Assembly (NCBI RefSeq): GCF_001194135.2
Contig: NC_068983.1
Coordinates: 114,912,555 to 114,976,554 of the forward strand
DNA length: 64,000 nucleotides
From: Octopus bimaculoides
Lineage: Eukaryota
Direction of reading: 5' to 3'
A program made the translations under genes and the position numbers. Positions 53,001 through 64,000 of the stretch are shown one piece after another. The notes under the pieces were generated by a model that was given only the letters and a program-made list of their open reading frames with translations, did not search any database and was not told where the DNA came from. How positions within the stretch are numbered: position 1 is the first letter of the stretch; the number at the start of each line of letters is the position of its first letter.

Positions 53001-53723
53001 GTTGTTGTTATATAGCTCGTTTATGAAATACTGATGTCAATGAAGGAGGACATTATCACATATGATGGTCACTGGTTGAAAAATTTCAATAAAGTGCTGA
53101 ACATCTGGATACAGAATACGACACACACACACACACACACAACCACATTACAACAAATATAAGTAATTTTCTGACAAGTACTAGACAACCAAATACTACC
53201 TTGGTAGCATATGATTAGCAAGCAGGTCATAAGTTATAATAGAATTCTACACTACTAGGACTACAACTTATGTGACTGACTGAAACTAATTCTGGTAGGT
53301 TAGTTAATAAACAGATTTTGTAACAGCAAAGTTATTTCTAGAGAGTCTGGTGGTAAGTGAGCAGGTAAACTACAGTAAGTCTAACATGACTACAGGAGGG
53401 TCTCACATATGTCATGTAGCCAGGTTAGCTGAAAGTATCCATGCAGTTAGTGAAAACTTTTCAACAGGTGCAGGCATGGCTGTGGGGTTAAGAAGCTTGT
53501 TTCGCAAACAGCTGTTTTGGGGCTGGGTTCAGTCCTGCTGTGCAGCACCTTGGGCAAGTGTCTTCTACTAAAGGCTTGGGCCAACCAATAATGCCTTGCG
53601 AGTGAATTTGTTAGACAAAACCTGTGCAGAATCCTATTGTGTGCATGTATATACATACACACACACATATATATGTATATCTATATATATATCTATATAT
53701 CTATATCTATCTATCTATCTATC

Positions 53724-53754
<31 letters not shown>

Positions 53755-53904
53755 ATAATTAAGGGATCAGCAACAGTTGCTTCACCACATACCAAAGTTC
53801 AGAAATAGCAGCTAAAAAGCTGAGACTCCAACAGATAGCATTACTTGTAACTCACAAAGGCAAAACAAGAAGAAAAAACAATGAAAACTAACCAGTCGAA
53901 GTTA

Positions 53905-53963
53905 ATCATAGACGCGTTTCTGGATTAGGAGCAATAACACTCCATTTCCTTCATCGGTATGAT
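53905..53963 (-). ncRNA. Type-I minimal hammerhead ribozyme motif (variant core)
   Basis: AUCAUA-CCGAUGA-[stem II]-GAAAC-GC-GUC^UAUGAU: perfect 6-bp stem I, GUC triplet, palindromic ACGCGU stem III. Confidence 0.65.
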
Positions 53964-54360
53964 ATTCTAGTTGTAAATTCGACGGTGCTAGCAAATTGTG
54001 CATGCATGAACGAGTGAACATCAAGCATCGGCACAACCTGAAACCACATCCGAACCTACATAGGCCAGCCAGTCCACTATTCCTCCTCAAGAAATTACCA
54101 TGTGCGTCACAAGCAATACCGCAGAAAATTAGCAGTTTACTATCAGGGAGTGAATAATTATTACAATTAAAAGGGTAAAGGTTTATCAATTTATTAATTT
54201 ATTAATAATTAATAATTTTTACCAAGCCCTTCGGTATGTAAACACCATTATCGGTGGAGAACTTACTTAAAAGTTCTTATACATTTATAAACATAATAAC
54301 ACTCTATTTCCTTCATCGGCATGCACAATTTGCTAGCACCGTCGAATTTACAACTAGAAT

Positions 54361-54419
54361 ATCATACCGATGAAGGAAATGGAGTGTTATCGCTCCTAAT
54401 CCAGAAACGTGTCTATGAT
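54361..54419 (+). ncRNA. Type-I minimal hammerhead ribozyme motif (second copy, opposite strand)
   Basis: ATCATA CCGATGA AGGAAATGGAGTGTTATCGCTCCTAATCCA GAAAC GT GTC TATGAT. Confidence 0.6.
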
Positions 54420-55416
54420 TAACTTCGACTGGTTAGTTTTTTCATTGTTTTTCTTCTTGTTTTGCCTTTGTGAGTTACAAGTAATGCTATCTGTTGGAGT
54501 CTCAGCTTTTTAGCTGCTATTTCTGAACTTCGGTATGTGGTGAAGCAACTGTTTGCTGATCCCTTAATTATGTTTATAAATGTATAAGAACTTTTAAATA
54601 AGTTCTCCACCGATATGGTGTTTACATATCGAAGGGCTTAGTAAAAATTATTAATTGTTAATTTATTAATAAATTAACAATTAATAATTTTTACTAAGCC
54701 CTTCGATATGTAAACACCATTATCGGTGGAGAACTTATTTAAAAGTTCTTATACATTTATAAACATAATTAAGGGATCAGCAAACAGTTGCTTCACCACA
54801 TACCGAAGTTCAGAAATAGCAGCTAAAAAGCTGAGACTCCAACAGATAGCATTACTTGTAACTCACANNNNNNNNNNNNNNNNNNNNNNNNNNNNNNNNN
54901 NNNNNNNNNNNNNNNNNNNNNNNNNNNNNNNNNNNNNNNNNNNNNNNNNNNNNNNNNNNNNNNNNNNNNNNNNNNNNNNNNNNNNNNNNNNNNNNNNNNN
55001 NNNNNNNNNNNNNNNNNNNNNNNNNNNNNNNNNNNNNNNNNNNNNNNNNNNNNNNNNNNNNNNNNNNNNNNNNNNNNNNNNNNNNNNNNNNNNNNNNNNN
55101 NNNNNNNNNNNNNNNNNNNNNNNNNNNNNNNNNNNNNNNNNNNNNNNNNNNNNNNNNNNNNNNNNNNNNNNNNNNNNNNNNNNNNNNNNNNNNNNNNNNN
55201 NNNNNNNNNNNNNNNNNNNNNNNNNNNNNNNNNNNNNNNNNNNNNNNNNNNNNNNNNNNNNNNNNNNNNNNNNNNNNNNNNNNNNNNNNNNNNNNNNNNN
55301 NNNNNNNNNNNNNNNNNNNNNNNNNNNNNNNNNNNNNNNNNNNNNTATATATATATATATATCTCACACACTGTCTTGCAAACTGAAGTATTATTTTGAA
55401 TTGCAAGACAGTATAT

Positions 55417-55795
55417 GAGAGAAAACTGTGATGTTGCATGAGAGAAATGTGTCTGCATGGATGATGGTCCACTTATTTTTAATGATTCTGCAAAGAAAGA
55501 GGCTTGGAGAAGCCATTATGAAAGGCTACTGAATGTGGAGAATGAATGGGACGAGGAGAGCCTGCCAAATTTTGACCCAGTCGGGGGACCAGCTACCCGA
55601 ATAGATGGCACCCTGGTAAATAAAGCAGTTAAGGATATGAAGTCAGGAAAAGCCCCCGGCCCATCAGGAATCACTGCTGAGATGCTTAAAATAACTGGTG
55701 GTGTGGGTTATGGTCTAGTCACCTGTATTGTAAACCAGGTAGTTCATGAAGGAGTCATACCCAATGACTTGCGTAACAGTATCATAGTCAACTGC
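55417..55795 (+). mobile_element. RTE LINE fragment (region preceding and entering the RT domain)
   Basis: KKEAWRSHYERLLNVENEWD..AVKDMKSGKAPGPSGITAEMLK..GVIPNDLRNSIIVNC. Confidence 0.9.
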
Positions 55796-55798
55796 TAG

Positions 55799-56510
55799 AT
55801 GGCTGAAACAAAGGAACAGTGTACTTCCATGAAATTCTGTTTTCTGCTGGGGAAAACAGCAGCCAAAACAGATGTCATGCTTCAAACAGCTTACAAGGAC
55901 TCTGACATGAGCAAAACACAAGTTTATGAATGGTTTCCACACTTTAGGAATGGTCACTTTTTGTTTGAAGACCAACCTCATTCAGGACAACTGTCAACCT
56001 CACAAACAAATGCAAACATCATGAAAATTCATCAATTGATCTTGGAGGACCATCACCAAACAATTGATGAACTTGTTGGTATGATTGCTGTGTACTGGAG
56101 CTCCTGCCAACGAATTTTGAGCAAGAAATTGCAAATGAAAAGAGTTGCAGCAAAATTTGTGCCTCGCTTGCTCACGGAAGATCAAAAACAGTCATGACTG
56201 AACGTGTGTCGTGAATTGAAAGAATAGTTAGAAGTTGATCAAACCTTTTTTATGAAGATCATTACTGGTGATGAAAACTGGTGCTACGGAATTTGCAGAT
56301 GTGGAAGAGGTGAAGAAAAAAACAATGGAGGCATTAAAAGGCATCACTTTGCAAGAGTTCCAGCACCGCTTTGGACAATGGAAAACGCACTTGCACCAAT
56401 GCATTGCTTCAAACGGAGAATGCTTTGAAGGCAATAAAAGAGTAAACATGTAAATCTAAGTGAATAAAATAATATTGCAAAATTCCAGTTTCTTTTGGGT
56501 ACCCCCTCGT
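55799..56510 (+). mobile_element. Mariner transposase pseudogene, catalytic domain deleted, right TIR present
   Basis: EQ..MKFCFLLGKTA..VYEWF..RVAAKFVPRLLT..IITGDENWCY fused to FADVEEVKKK..CIASNGECFEG. Ends TTTTGGGTACCCCCTCG. Confidence 0.9.
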
Positions 56511-56537
56511 CTATACACACATTTGGGTTTATCCTGT

Positions 56538-56584
<47 letters not shown>

Positions 56585-57512
56585 AATATAGATTTAATCA
56601 AAAGATTAAATGTGGTACTTAAAATGTTTGAGGCACCAGAATTTGGTAGGGTAAAAACCAAAAACAAAATCAAGAGATTTGGTGAATAAAATTTGAAGTA
56701 AAGCAACAAAAATTCAATAGGTTATAGCAGTACGTACGTTTCGTACAAACTTCATTTATTCATGTATTGAGAACACCACATAAGATGTGCAATGAAAATG
56801 TACTCCTCAGCTGCATAATGGAATTTCATTTTAGAAAGTCATTTTGTAGATGTGTGCAAAAAACAAGAGTAAGAGAAAAAATACCATCTTGACTGGGCTG
56901 CTGTTCAACAATCCAGTGAATCAAACAAGAATTTAATTTCTATATAATCTAATATATAATCACATATATATATATATATATATGATTAGGAAAATGACAA
57001 CTTCACTGCTTGTAGCTCAGCACTTTTCATTTTTTAGAGGAGCACAAATGTAGTCAAACACACATGCACAACGGGTTTCTTCCATTTTAAATAAAATATG
57101 TCATGTTAAGAAGTTTGCTTTGGCACTTAATGGCTCATGGTTTGACTGTCATTTCTAACAAACTACATGACCACATAGAAACTCTGTCATTGACTCAACC
57201 TCTTTGGCTAAAATCAAAGCTATGATCCCATTATCTGATTTTGTCTTTAATAGCATGTGACTAAGGAGATTTGGCTACTATTTCAAACCAGTCTGAATGA
57301 CTTATGACTTACACTCCCTCCTTAGTTGACTCAAGTATTGCAGGGTGGGGGTGGGGGTCAGCTGAGGTGGCATTGTATAGATATATGGGAATGATTGTAC
57401 ATATACCCCTATGTTTATTTAGTTGATGGCTGGTTGAGGACAGTTTGTCTTCCTGCCTCAGCCCCACCGTGTAGACTAAGTAAATCAATAACCAGCTATA
57501 AATCCATCCCAC

Positions 57513-57571
57513 CTTATTTTGATGTAGAATACTCATTTCTCCCCAAGTAATAAAACTCTTGACATTTAGGG
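57513..57571 (-). CDS. Candidate 59-nt exon (LNVKSFITWGEMSILHQNK), phase 1-0
   Basis: tctatttatttgttttgtag acceptor, AAG|gtggga donor, single open frame. Confidence 0.3.
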
Positions 57572-57926
57572 CTACAAAACAAATAAATAGATGTATTGAA
57601 ATACAGAAGTGAATGGTTAAGACAGCATCCCCCAATAGTTAATAAGATCCATAATAAAAAGAACATCTGAGAGACAGGAGGTGAGGATCTGAGAGATGGG
57701 ACCAGAAAGAAAGAAGATCTAATAGGACTGAACTTCTTTTTTTAATGGAAATTTAAGATAAGTCAAAGTGTTTATTTTAGATAGAACCCTGATTAAGGAA
57801 ATCTGCACAACCACAGTTACTCTATCCACCCCCAACTCTCTCTCTGATACCATTTATGAAGAAGCATTTCTTCCTGTATTCATCCTATATATTACTGTCA
57901 TCATCATCACTACCTCCATCAACACC

Positions 57927-57983
57927 TAGAAGAAGAAGAAGAAGAAGAAGAAGAAGAAGAAGAAGAAGAAGAAGAAGAAGAAG

Positions 57984-58050
<67 letters not shown>
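57927..58050. repeat. Compound (AGA)n(AGT)n microsatellite
   Basis: Direct reading. Confidence 0.95.
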
Positions 58051-58689
58051 TTGACCTAGACAGATTAAACACGCATAGCACTGACCTACATCCCTGTAGT
58101 AACCTACTGGCATAGATTCTGACCTTCCCTTGGCTCCTCACTACATTTCCAAAGAGCCACCCTCAAGTCATCCACACCAAGGTTTAATCACACACACACT
58201 CACACTCATACACACACACTACTCTCCAATTTCCACATGTTTTGTAGAAACACACTCATCAATGGAATATTAAGTTTCAGAAGCATCATCACTGAATATA
58301 AGCTATTAAAAGATTTGATTACCACTAACTTTTATGCCATCTGGACAAAGAAAAAATCTTCCAGCACAACTACCATATTCTACTTCTGATGGACATCGGG
58401 AACTCTGGGGTCAAATTTGTTTTGAACATTTTTTTTCAAAAAATATATTTCCCATATTGATATGCAAAAATAGATATAAAACTCTTGACATTCATCTGTA
58501 AACACCAACTATGACTATGATGATGATGATGCTCATAACAAAACGGTTGAAGAACATAAAGGGCTGATGATGAGATAGCTAGTGACAGAATCTACTACTA
58601 CTACTACTACTATCATTACTACTACTACTACACACATTTTGATGAGTATTGGGAGTGTCATTATGCCAATGATATAGTATATGATGATG

Positions 58690-59143
58690 ATCATCATCAT
58701 CATCGTTTAACGTCTGCTTTCTATGCTAGCATGGGTTGGACGATTTGACTGAGGACTGGTAAAACCAGATGGCTACACCAGGCTCCAATCTGATTTGGCA
58801 GAGTTTCTACAGCTGGATGCCCTTCCTAACGCCAACCACTCAGAGAGTGTAGTGGGTGCTTTTGCATGCCACCAGCACGAAGGCCAGTCAGGCGGTACTG
58901 GCAATGGCCACGCTCAAAATGGTGTATTTTATGTGCTACCCGCACAAGAGCCAGCCCAGGGGCACTGGCAACAATCTCGATCGAAAATCCTTACACATGT
59001 CACAGGCACAAGTGCCAGAAAGGCGACGCTGGGCACAGGTGCCATCCCGATTTCGCTTTCGCTTGCCCCAATAAGTCTTCGCAAGCTGAGTTTCGTGTCC
59101 AATGAAGGAGACGACGTTGGCATGGGTGCCAGTCGTCGAATTT
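58690..59143 (-). mobile_element. RTE LINE 3' UTR with (GAT)n tail
   Basis: Same family as 51472 and 6628. Confidence 0.85.
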
Positions 59144-59231
59144 TATATATATATATATAAATTATGAATATTATTACAGCACAATAGTATTGTTTTCCAG
59201 TGAAAGAAATTTGGGGTCTTCATATTTTCAG

Positions 59232-59361
59232 AAACTATTGCTTTCCTTGCAGCCAAAAGCTCTTCTTGCTGTTCTGCTGCCAATCATTTAATAGTTTGCT
59301 GGTTTAATGAAAAGACCGTTGTTTTATCCTCTCTCCTTGAAGAAGAGCAACTATCCGAAAG
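59232..59361 (+). CDS. Candidate 130-nt exon (TIAFLAAKSSSCCSAANHLIVCWFNEKTVVLSSLLEEEQLSE), phase 1-2
   Basis: tcttcatattttcag acceptor, AAG|gttaga donor, open frame. The antisense in-register frame has one stop. Confidence 0.25.
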
Positions 59362-59584
59362 GTTAGAGCTATCTTCTTCTCCATACCATAAAATACAATC
59401 CACTGTTTGACCAAACTGAAGTAGCCAAGCCAACAAGGAAGCCTTTACATGGTTAATTTAACCTGTAAGAAATACCAACTAAATCTGGCTCAAACCACTT
59501 TCCCTTAAAAAAGGGAAAGTGGCATAGTATAATGTAGCTAAAGATATATTGTATGCCAAGCAGTAAAGCATGTCATTTCCAAAT

Positions 59585-59736
59585 TTATGACAGAGTGAAT
59601 TGTGTCATGGTGCTGATTTTCTCACAGACAGTGCCCAATTGACCCTACTATACTGTGTAGTCAACAAAATCAAAAATAAACAATGTAGATGCCTTAGGTT
59701 AAAAATATAAAATGGTGACAATTTTCCCATCGCACC

Positions 59737-59741
<5 letters not shown>
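59585..59741 (-). mobile_element. Tc1/mariner terminal fragment
   Basis: Reverse strand reads TA-CAGGGTGCGATGGGAAAATTGTCACC next to (TA)n. Confidence 0.5.
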
Positions 59742-59813
<72 letters not shown>

Positions 59814-60784
59814 TGTATAGTTTAAAATAGGAGTTATAAGTGATGTTGATTATGAATACATACATACAACCCAATAACCTAACACATACATTTATGTATA
59901 CATTCAGTCTGTAAATAAAGGTAATTAAATGTTATATTGTCATCGAACTATTGTGATTTGTTTGATCAGATAGCACCACACCATAGATCTGCTCATACAG
60001 AACTGAAACAAGACTAACACCAACAATAACATCAACAACAACTAAAAATCTTAATGTATTTAGCATTATAGGTATGGATCAGACTGAATTATAACATATC
60101 CAGTGGTACTTATCAGTTAACATTTATGAAAGCAGAATCCACACGAGAGTTACACAAAGCAATTTATTAAGAAAGATGAAAAAAATTCAAACACCAAGGA
60201 CAGCAAAAACAAAGAAAAAAAAAAAAACGCCTAAATCAAAATATTTATTTATTAACAGTTGTTGACACCTGCTAGAAAATGGATTGCTCCTTTAAGATTT
60301 ATTCCTTATCTTATGCCAGCCAAAATCTTGTGTATTAATTAATGTATTTATAGTCCAGCTTCTTAATTGCTGTAATGTGAAAATGTGTTCCTGTTAAGAA
60401 TGCTGACGTCAAAATGGAGAAGTCTTTTGATAAGCTAATGCTCTTGATATAACTCAAGGATTATGCAAGCCTAAATAAGATTTCAAAAGCTATAAGGTAA
60501 TTACAATAAAATAGGCTGCAGCATACAAAGCTGAAATGATCCCTTCCTCCCCCTCTACACATGCAAGCCAATATATATATATCTTTCCCAAAGGGTTTAC
60601 TCTGTTATGAACATGTCCTTTAGCAAAATGATAAGCAATTTAAAACAACAACAACAACAACAACAATATAGAAAGGATAAACTCAAAGCATACCACAAGA
60701 TTAAAACTAAAAAAGAAAAAAAAGGGGGAAAAAGCATAATCTTTAGAAATTGCTTAGGTTTCATAATGCAGATTTAAAAAAAAA

Positions 60785-60908
<124 letters not shown>

Positions 60909-61182
60909 ATAATGAATAGGAGAGAAATCTGAGGGAACAAATGGAAAAATCTAACTGAAAAAGTAGGGAAGGAGAAAATTACTTTTTTAAAAATTTCAGT
61001 GGAAGAAAGACAGCTAAGGGAATTTTTCAATATTCCTGAATATTTTTTTTTTTTCTTGCATTTTTGATTAGATTTTTATAATAATCAGGCTTTAAAACTG
61101 CTGAACTATGGGGCTATGTACATACCCCACCCAACAACAACATATTATTATTATTATTATTACTATTATTATTATTAAAAAG

Positions 61183-61615
61183 TGATGAGCTGGCAGAATT
61201 ATAAGCATACCAGGCAAATTGCTAAGTGGTACTTCGTCCATCTTTATGTTCTGAGTTCAAATACCACTGAGGTTGACTTTGCCTTATGGTGTTGATAAAA
61301 TAGATACCAATCAAATACAGGAGTCGATGTAATCAACTCAGCCACCTCTCTTACAATAGCTGGCCTTGTGCCAAAATTTGAAACCATTATTATTGGCGAG
61401 CTGGCAGAATCGTTAACATGCTGGCCAAAATTCTTAGCAGCATTTCATCCATTGTTACATTCTGAGTTCAAATTCTGCCGAGGTCGATTTTACCTTTTAT
61501 CCTTTTGGGGTCAATTAATTAAGTACCATTGAAACACTGGGGTCAATGTAATCGACTTGTCTCCTCCCCCAAATTTCAGGCCTTGTGCCTATAGTAGAAA
61601 GGAATATTATTATTA
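61183..61615 (+). mobile_element. Tandem pair of Nin/Deu-domain SINEs (D2)
   Basis: Two head-to-tail copies separated by (ATT)n. Confidence 0.8.
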
Positions 61616-61948
61616 CTATTATATTTTCTTCTTTGACCAAGCTCTCATCAACTTTTTCAAGTTTCACTCGAAAAGAAAAGTGAAGGTAGAGATAGAAGTG
61701 CTACCCCACCAGCAACACTGTTGAAAAGTGAGTGAATGTGGCAGGGATAGTACGAGTGAACAGGCCTGCTTTAAACATGTGTCTGTAGATGATTTGGAGA
61801 GGACACCTGCCCTACTGGTCAGGGTCTCTGTGGTTTTGTGAGGTTGCCACAAGCAGCCCTTGGTAGTCTCTCTCCTTTGGTGAATTATTTTGTAAAATTT
61901 ATATTTTTTGTAACTTTTTACTTTTTTATACGCCTATTATATAACCCC

Positions 61949-62335
61949 GTGGAGGCGCAATGGCCCAGTGGTTAGGGCAGCGGACTCGCGGTCATAGGAT
62001 CGCGGTTTCGATTCCCAGACCGGGCGTCGTGAGTGTTTATTGAGCGAAAACACCTAAAGCTCCACGAAGCTCCGGCAGGGGATGGTGGTGAACCCTGCTG
62101 TACTTTTTCACCACAACTTTCTCTCACTCTTACTTCCTGTTTCTGTTGTGCCTGTAATTCAAAGGGTCAGCCTTGTCACACTGTGTCACGCTGAATATCC
62201 TCGAGAACTACGTTAAGGGTACATGTGTCTGTGGAGTGCTCAGCCACTTGCACATTAATTTTACAAGCAGGCTGTTCCGTTGATCGGATCAACTGGAACC
62301 GTCGACGTCGTAAGCGACGGAGTGCCAACAACAAC
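61949..62335 (+). mobile_element. SINE family A, intact
   Basis: 13-bp perfect TSD ATTATATAACCCC. Intact A and B boxes. Confidence 0.95.
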
Positions 62336-62439
62336 ATTATATAACCCCACAGTGTATTGTCCTGTACCACCCCCAACGTTTTTCTGAACCCTTAGTGGTT
62401 AATAAGGAAAACATTATTATTATGATTGCATGAGAGAGT

Positions 62440-62985
62440 AATGCATACCATCAAAGAACACCGGGATACAAATATGCGAAGCCCAGTGTACCCATCATGA
62501 CTACTCATCTGATAAGGGTACACCAGGCACATGCATCACAACCTTATGTGTGTAACATAGTGATCTCATATCAAGATAAACAGTGCATGACCTTGCAGGT
62601 GAGACCCAGTTAAAATTTATCTCACATTGAGTAGCCCATCCTGCTCAAAAGGTCCCCGAATAGGGGTTATTTGAAGATGTTGAACAAAGCACCCATGTTT
62701 CCAAAGGTGAATTACCCAAACCCCAAAGGATTTCTCTCAGCACATGGCTATGAAGCTCCCCAACTACTTCTGCTCGTGATCAGAGATGCACATATCGTTA
62801 GCCACCAAGGGACGTGCTCATCAGGTTAAGGTCAAGCAAGTGACAAGCAAATCTGTGGTTTTGAGCAGAATATCTGCAGTAGCCCATCTTTTATACCAAG
62901 ACAAAACAATGTACATGATAACACTTCCAATCAGTTAAGATCAGAAGCCATGAGAGCCACCGTCTGGTACCGCATCAGGGCATTT
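62440..62985 (-). mobile_element. Unclassified ~540-bp interspersed repeat (partial copy at 13330-13500)
   Basis: Reverse-complement homology to 13330-13500 (CACAGATTTGCTT..GACCTTAA..GTCCCTT.GTGGCT.AC.ATATGTGCAT). Confidence 0.6.
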
Positions 62986-62995
62986 TTTATTTTTA

Positions 62996-63073
<78 letters not shown>

Positions 63074-63201
63074 AAGAAGAAGAAGAAGAAGAAGAAGAAG
63101 AAGAAGAAGAAGAAGAAGAAGAAGAAGAAGAAGAAGAAGAAGAAGAAGAAGAAGAAGAAGAAGAAGAAGAAGAAGAAGAAGAAGAAGAAGAAGAAGAAGA
63201 A

Positions 63202-63417
63202 GGCGGTGAGCTGGCAGAGTCATTAGCACACCGAGCAAAATGCCTAGAGTCATTTCATGCGTCTTTATGTTCTGAGTTCAAATTCTACTAAAGTCAACTT
63301 TGCCTTTTATCCATTTGGGGTCGATAAATTAAGTACCAGTGAAACACTGGGGTCGATGAAATCGACTATTTCCTTCCCCCAAATTTCAAGCTTTGTACCT
63401 ATAGTAGAAAGGATTAC

Positions 63418-63456
<39 letters not shown>

Positions 63457-63706
63457 TACTACTACAACTACTATTAAGGCGATGAACTGGCAGAGTCATT
63501 AGCATGCCAGGCAAAATGCTCAGTGGCATTTCATTTGTCCTTATGTTCTGAGTTCAAGTTCTGTCGGGGTTGATTTTACCTTTCATCCTTTCAGGGTCAA
63601 TAAATTAAGTACCAATGAAACACTGGGATCAATGTAATCGACTAGACCTCTTCCACCAAATTTCAGGCCTTGTGCCTTTAGTAGAAAGGATTATTATTAT
63701 TATTAT
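63202..63706 (+). mobile_element. Tandem pair of Nin/Deu-domain SINEs (D2), preceded by (TAT)n(AAG)n at 63003-63201
   Basis: Two AAGGCG..GAGCTGGCAGAGTCATTAGCA heads, each ending GTAGAAAGG(ATT)n. Confidence 0.85.
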
Positions 63707-63707
63707 A

Positions 63708-64000
63708 AGCACTACTGATGCCTTATTTCTAGTGAGACAGTTGCAGGAAAAATACCTAGCTAAGGATAAACCTCTGTACCTGGCTTTCGTTGACATGGAG
63801 AAAGCCTTTGACAGGGTCCCCCGATCCCTTATCTGGTGGTCAATGAGGAAACTTGGGATAGAAGAATGGTTAGTGAGAGCTGTGCGAGCCATGTACAGAG
63901 ATGCTGCCAGTAAGGTGAGGGTTGGAAATGAGTACAGCAATGAATTCCGGGTAGAGGTAGGGGTCCACCAAGGTTCCGTCCTCAGCCCCCTCTTATTTAT
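63708..64000 (+). mobile_element. RTE LINE RT domain, 5'-truncated, frame open to the window end
   Basis: STTDALFLVRQLQEKYLAKDKPLYLAFVDMEKAFDRVPRSLIWWSMRKLG..VGVHQGSVLSPLLF with no stops. Confidence 0.95.

Larger units (their letters stand above)
53751..54867. mobile_element. Penelope-like pseudo-LTR cluster in direct and inverted orientation, with hammerhead motifs; cut by N-gap
   Basis: Block order A(53751-54005)-U-B-a(fragment)-A'(54319-54577)-B'|B-A. Hammerhead motifs lie inside A and A'. PLE assignment is inferred from the HHR type and the architecture. Confidence 0.65.

Overview
AT-rich, repeat-saturated eukaryotic draft-assembly DNA with about 10 N-gaps. The SINE, LINE and microsatellite mix looks like an octopod cephalopod (inference). 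No intact protein-coding gene is visible. The window is mostly: (i) tRNA-derived SINEs of at least four families (7 near-full copies of one ~390-bp family, mostly with TSDs; CORE-type; Nin/Deu-domain; a V/Meta-like type); (ii) LINE relics of the RTE, Tx1/L1, R4/Dong and Penelope (GIY-YIG) groups; (iii) DNA-transposon relics (two DD37D/maT, mariner, Tigger/pogo, piggyBac-like and hAT-like MITEs, a Helitron-like element); (iv) many microsatellites. A few short exon-like segments suggest the window lies in introns of a host gene, but its strand and identity are unresolved. The most notable structure is at 53.75-54.87 kb: an inverted/palindromic Penelope-like terminal-repeat cluster carrying two variant type-I hammerhead ribozyme motifs on opposite strands. 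Also notable are a SINE tail matching a Tx1-like LINE 3' UTR, a 72-bp target-site duplication, a telomere-like array inside a Helitron-like element, and a solitary tRNA-like Pol III unit. Boundaries of degraded repeats are approximate.
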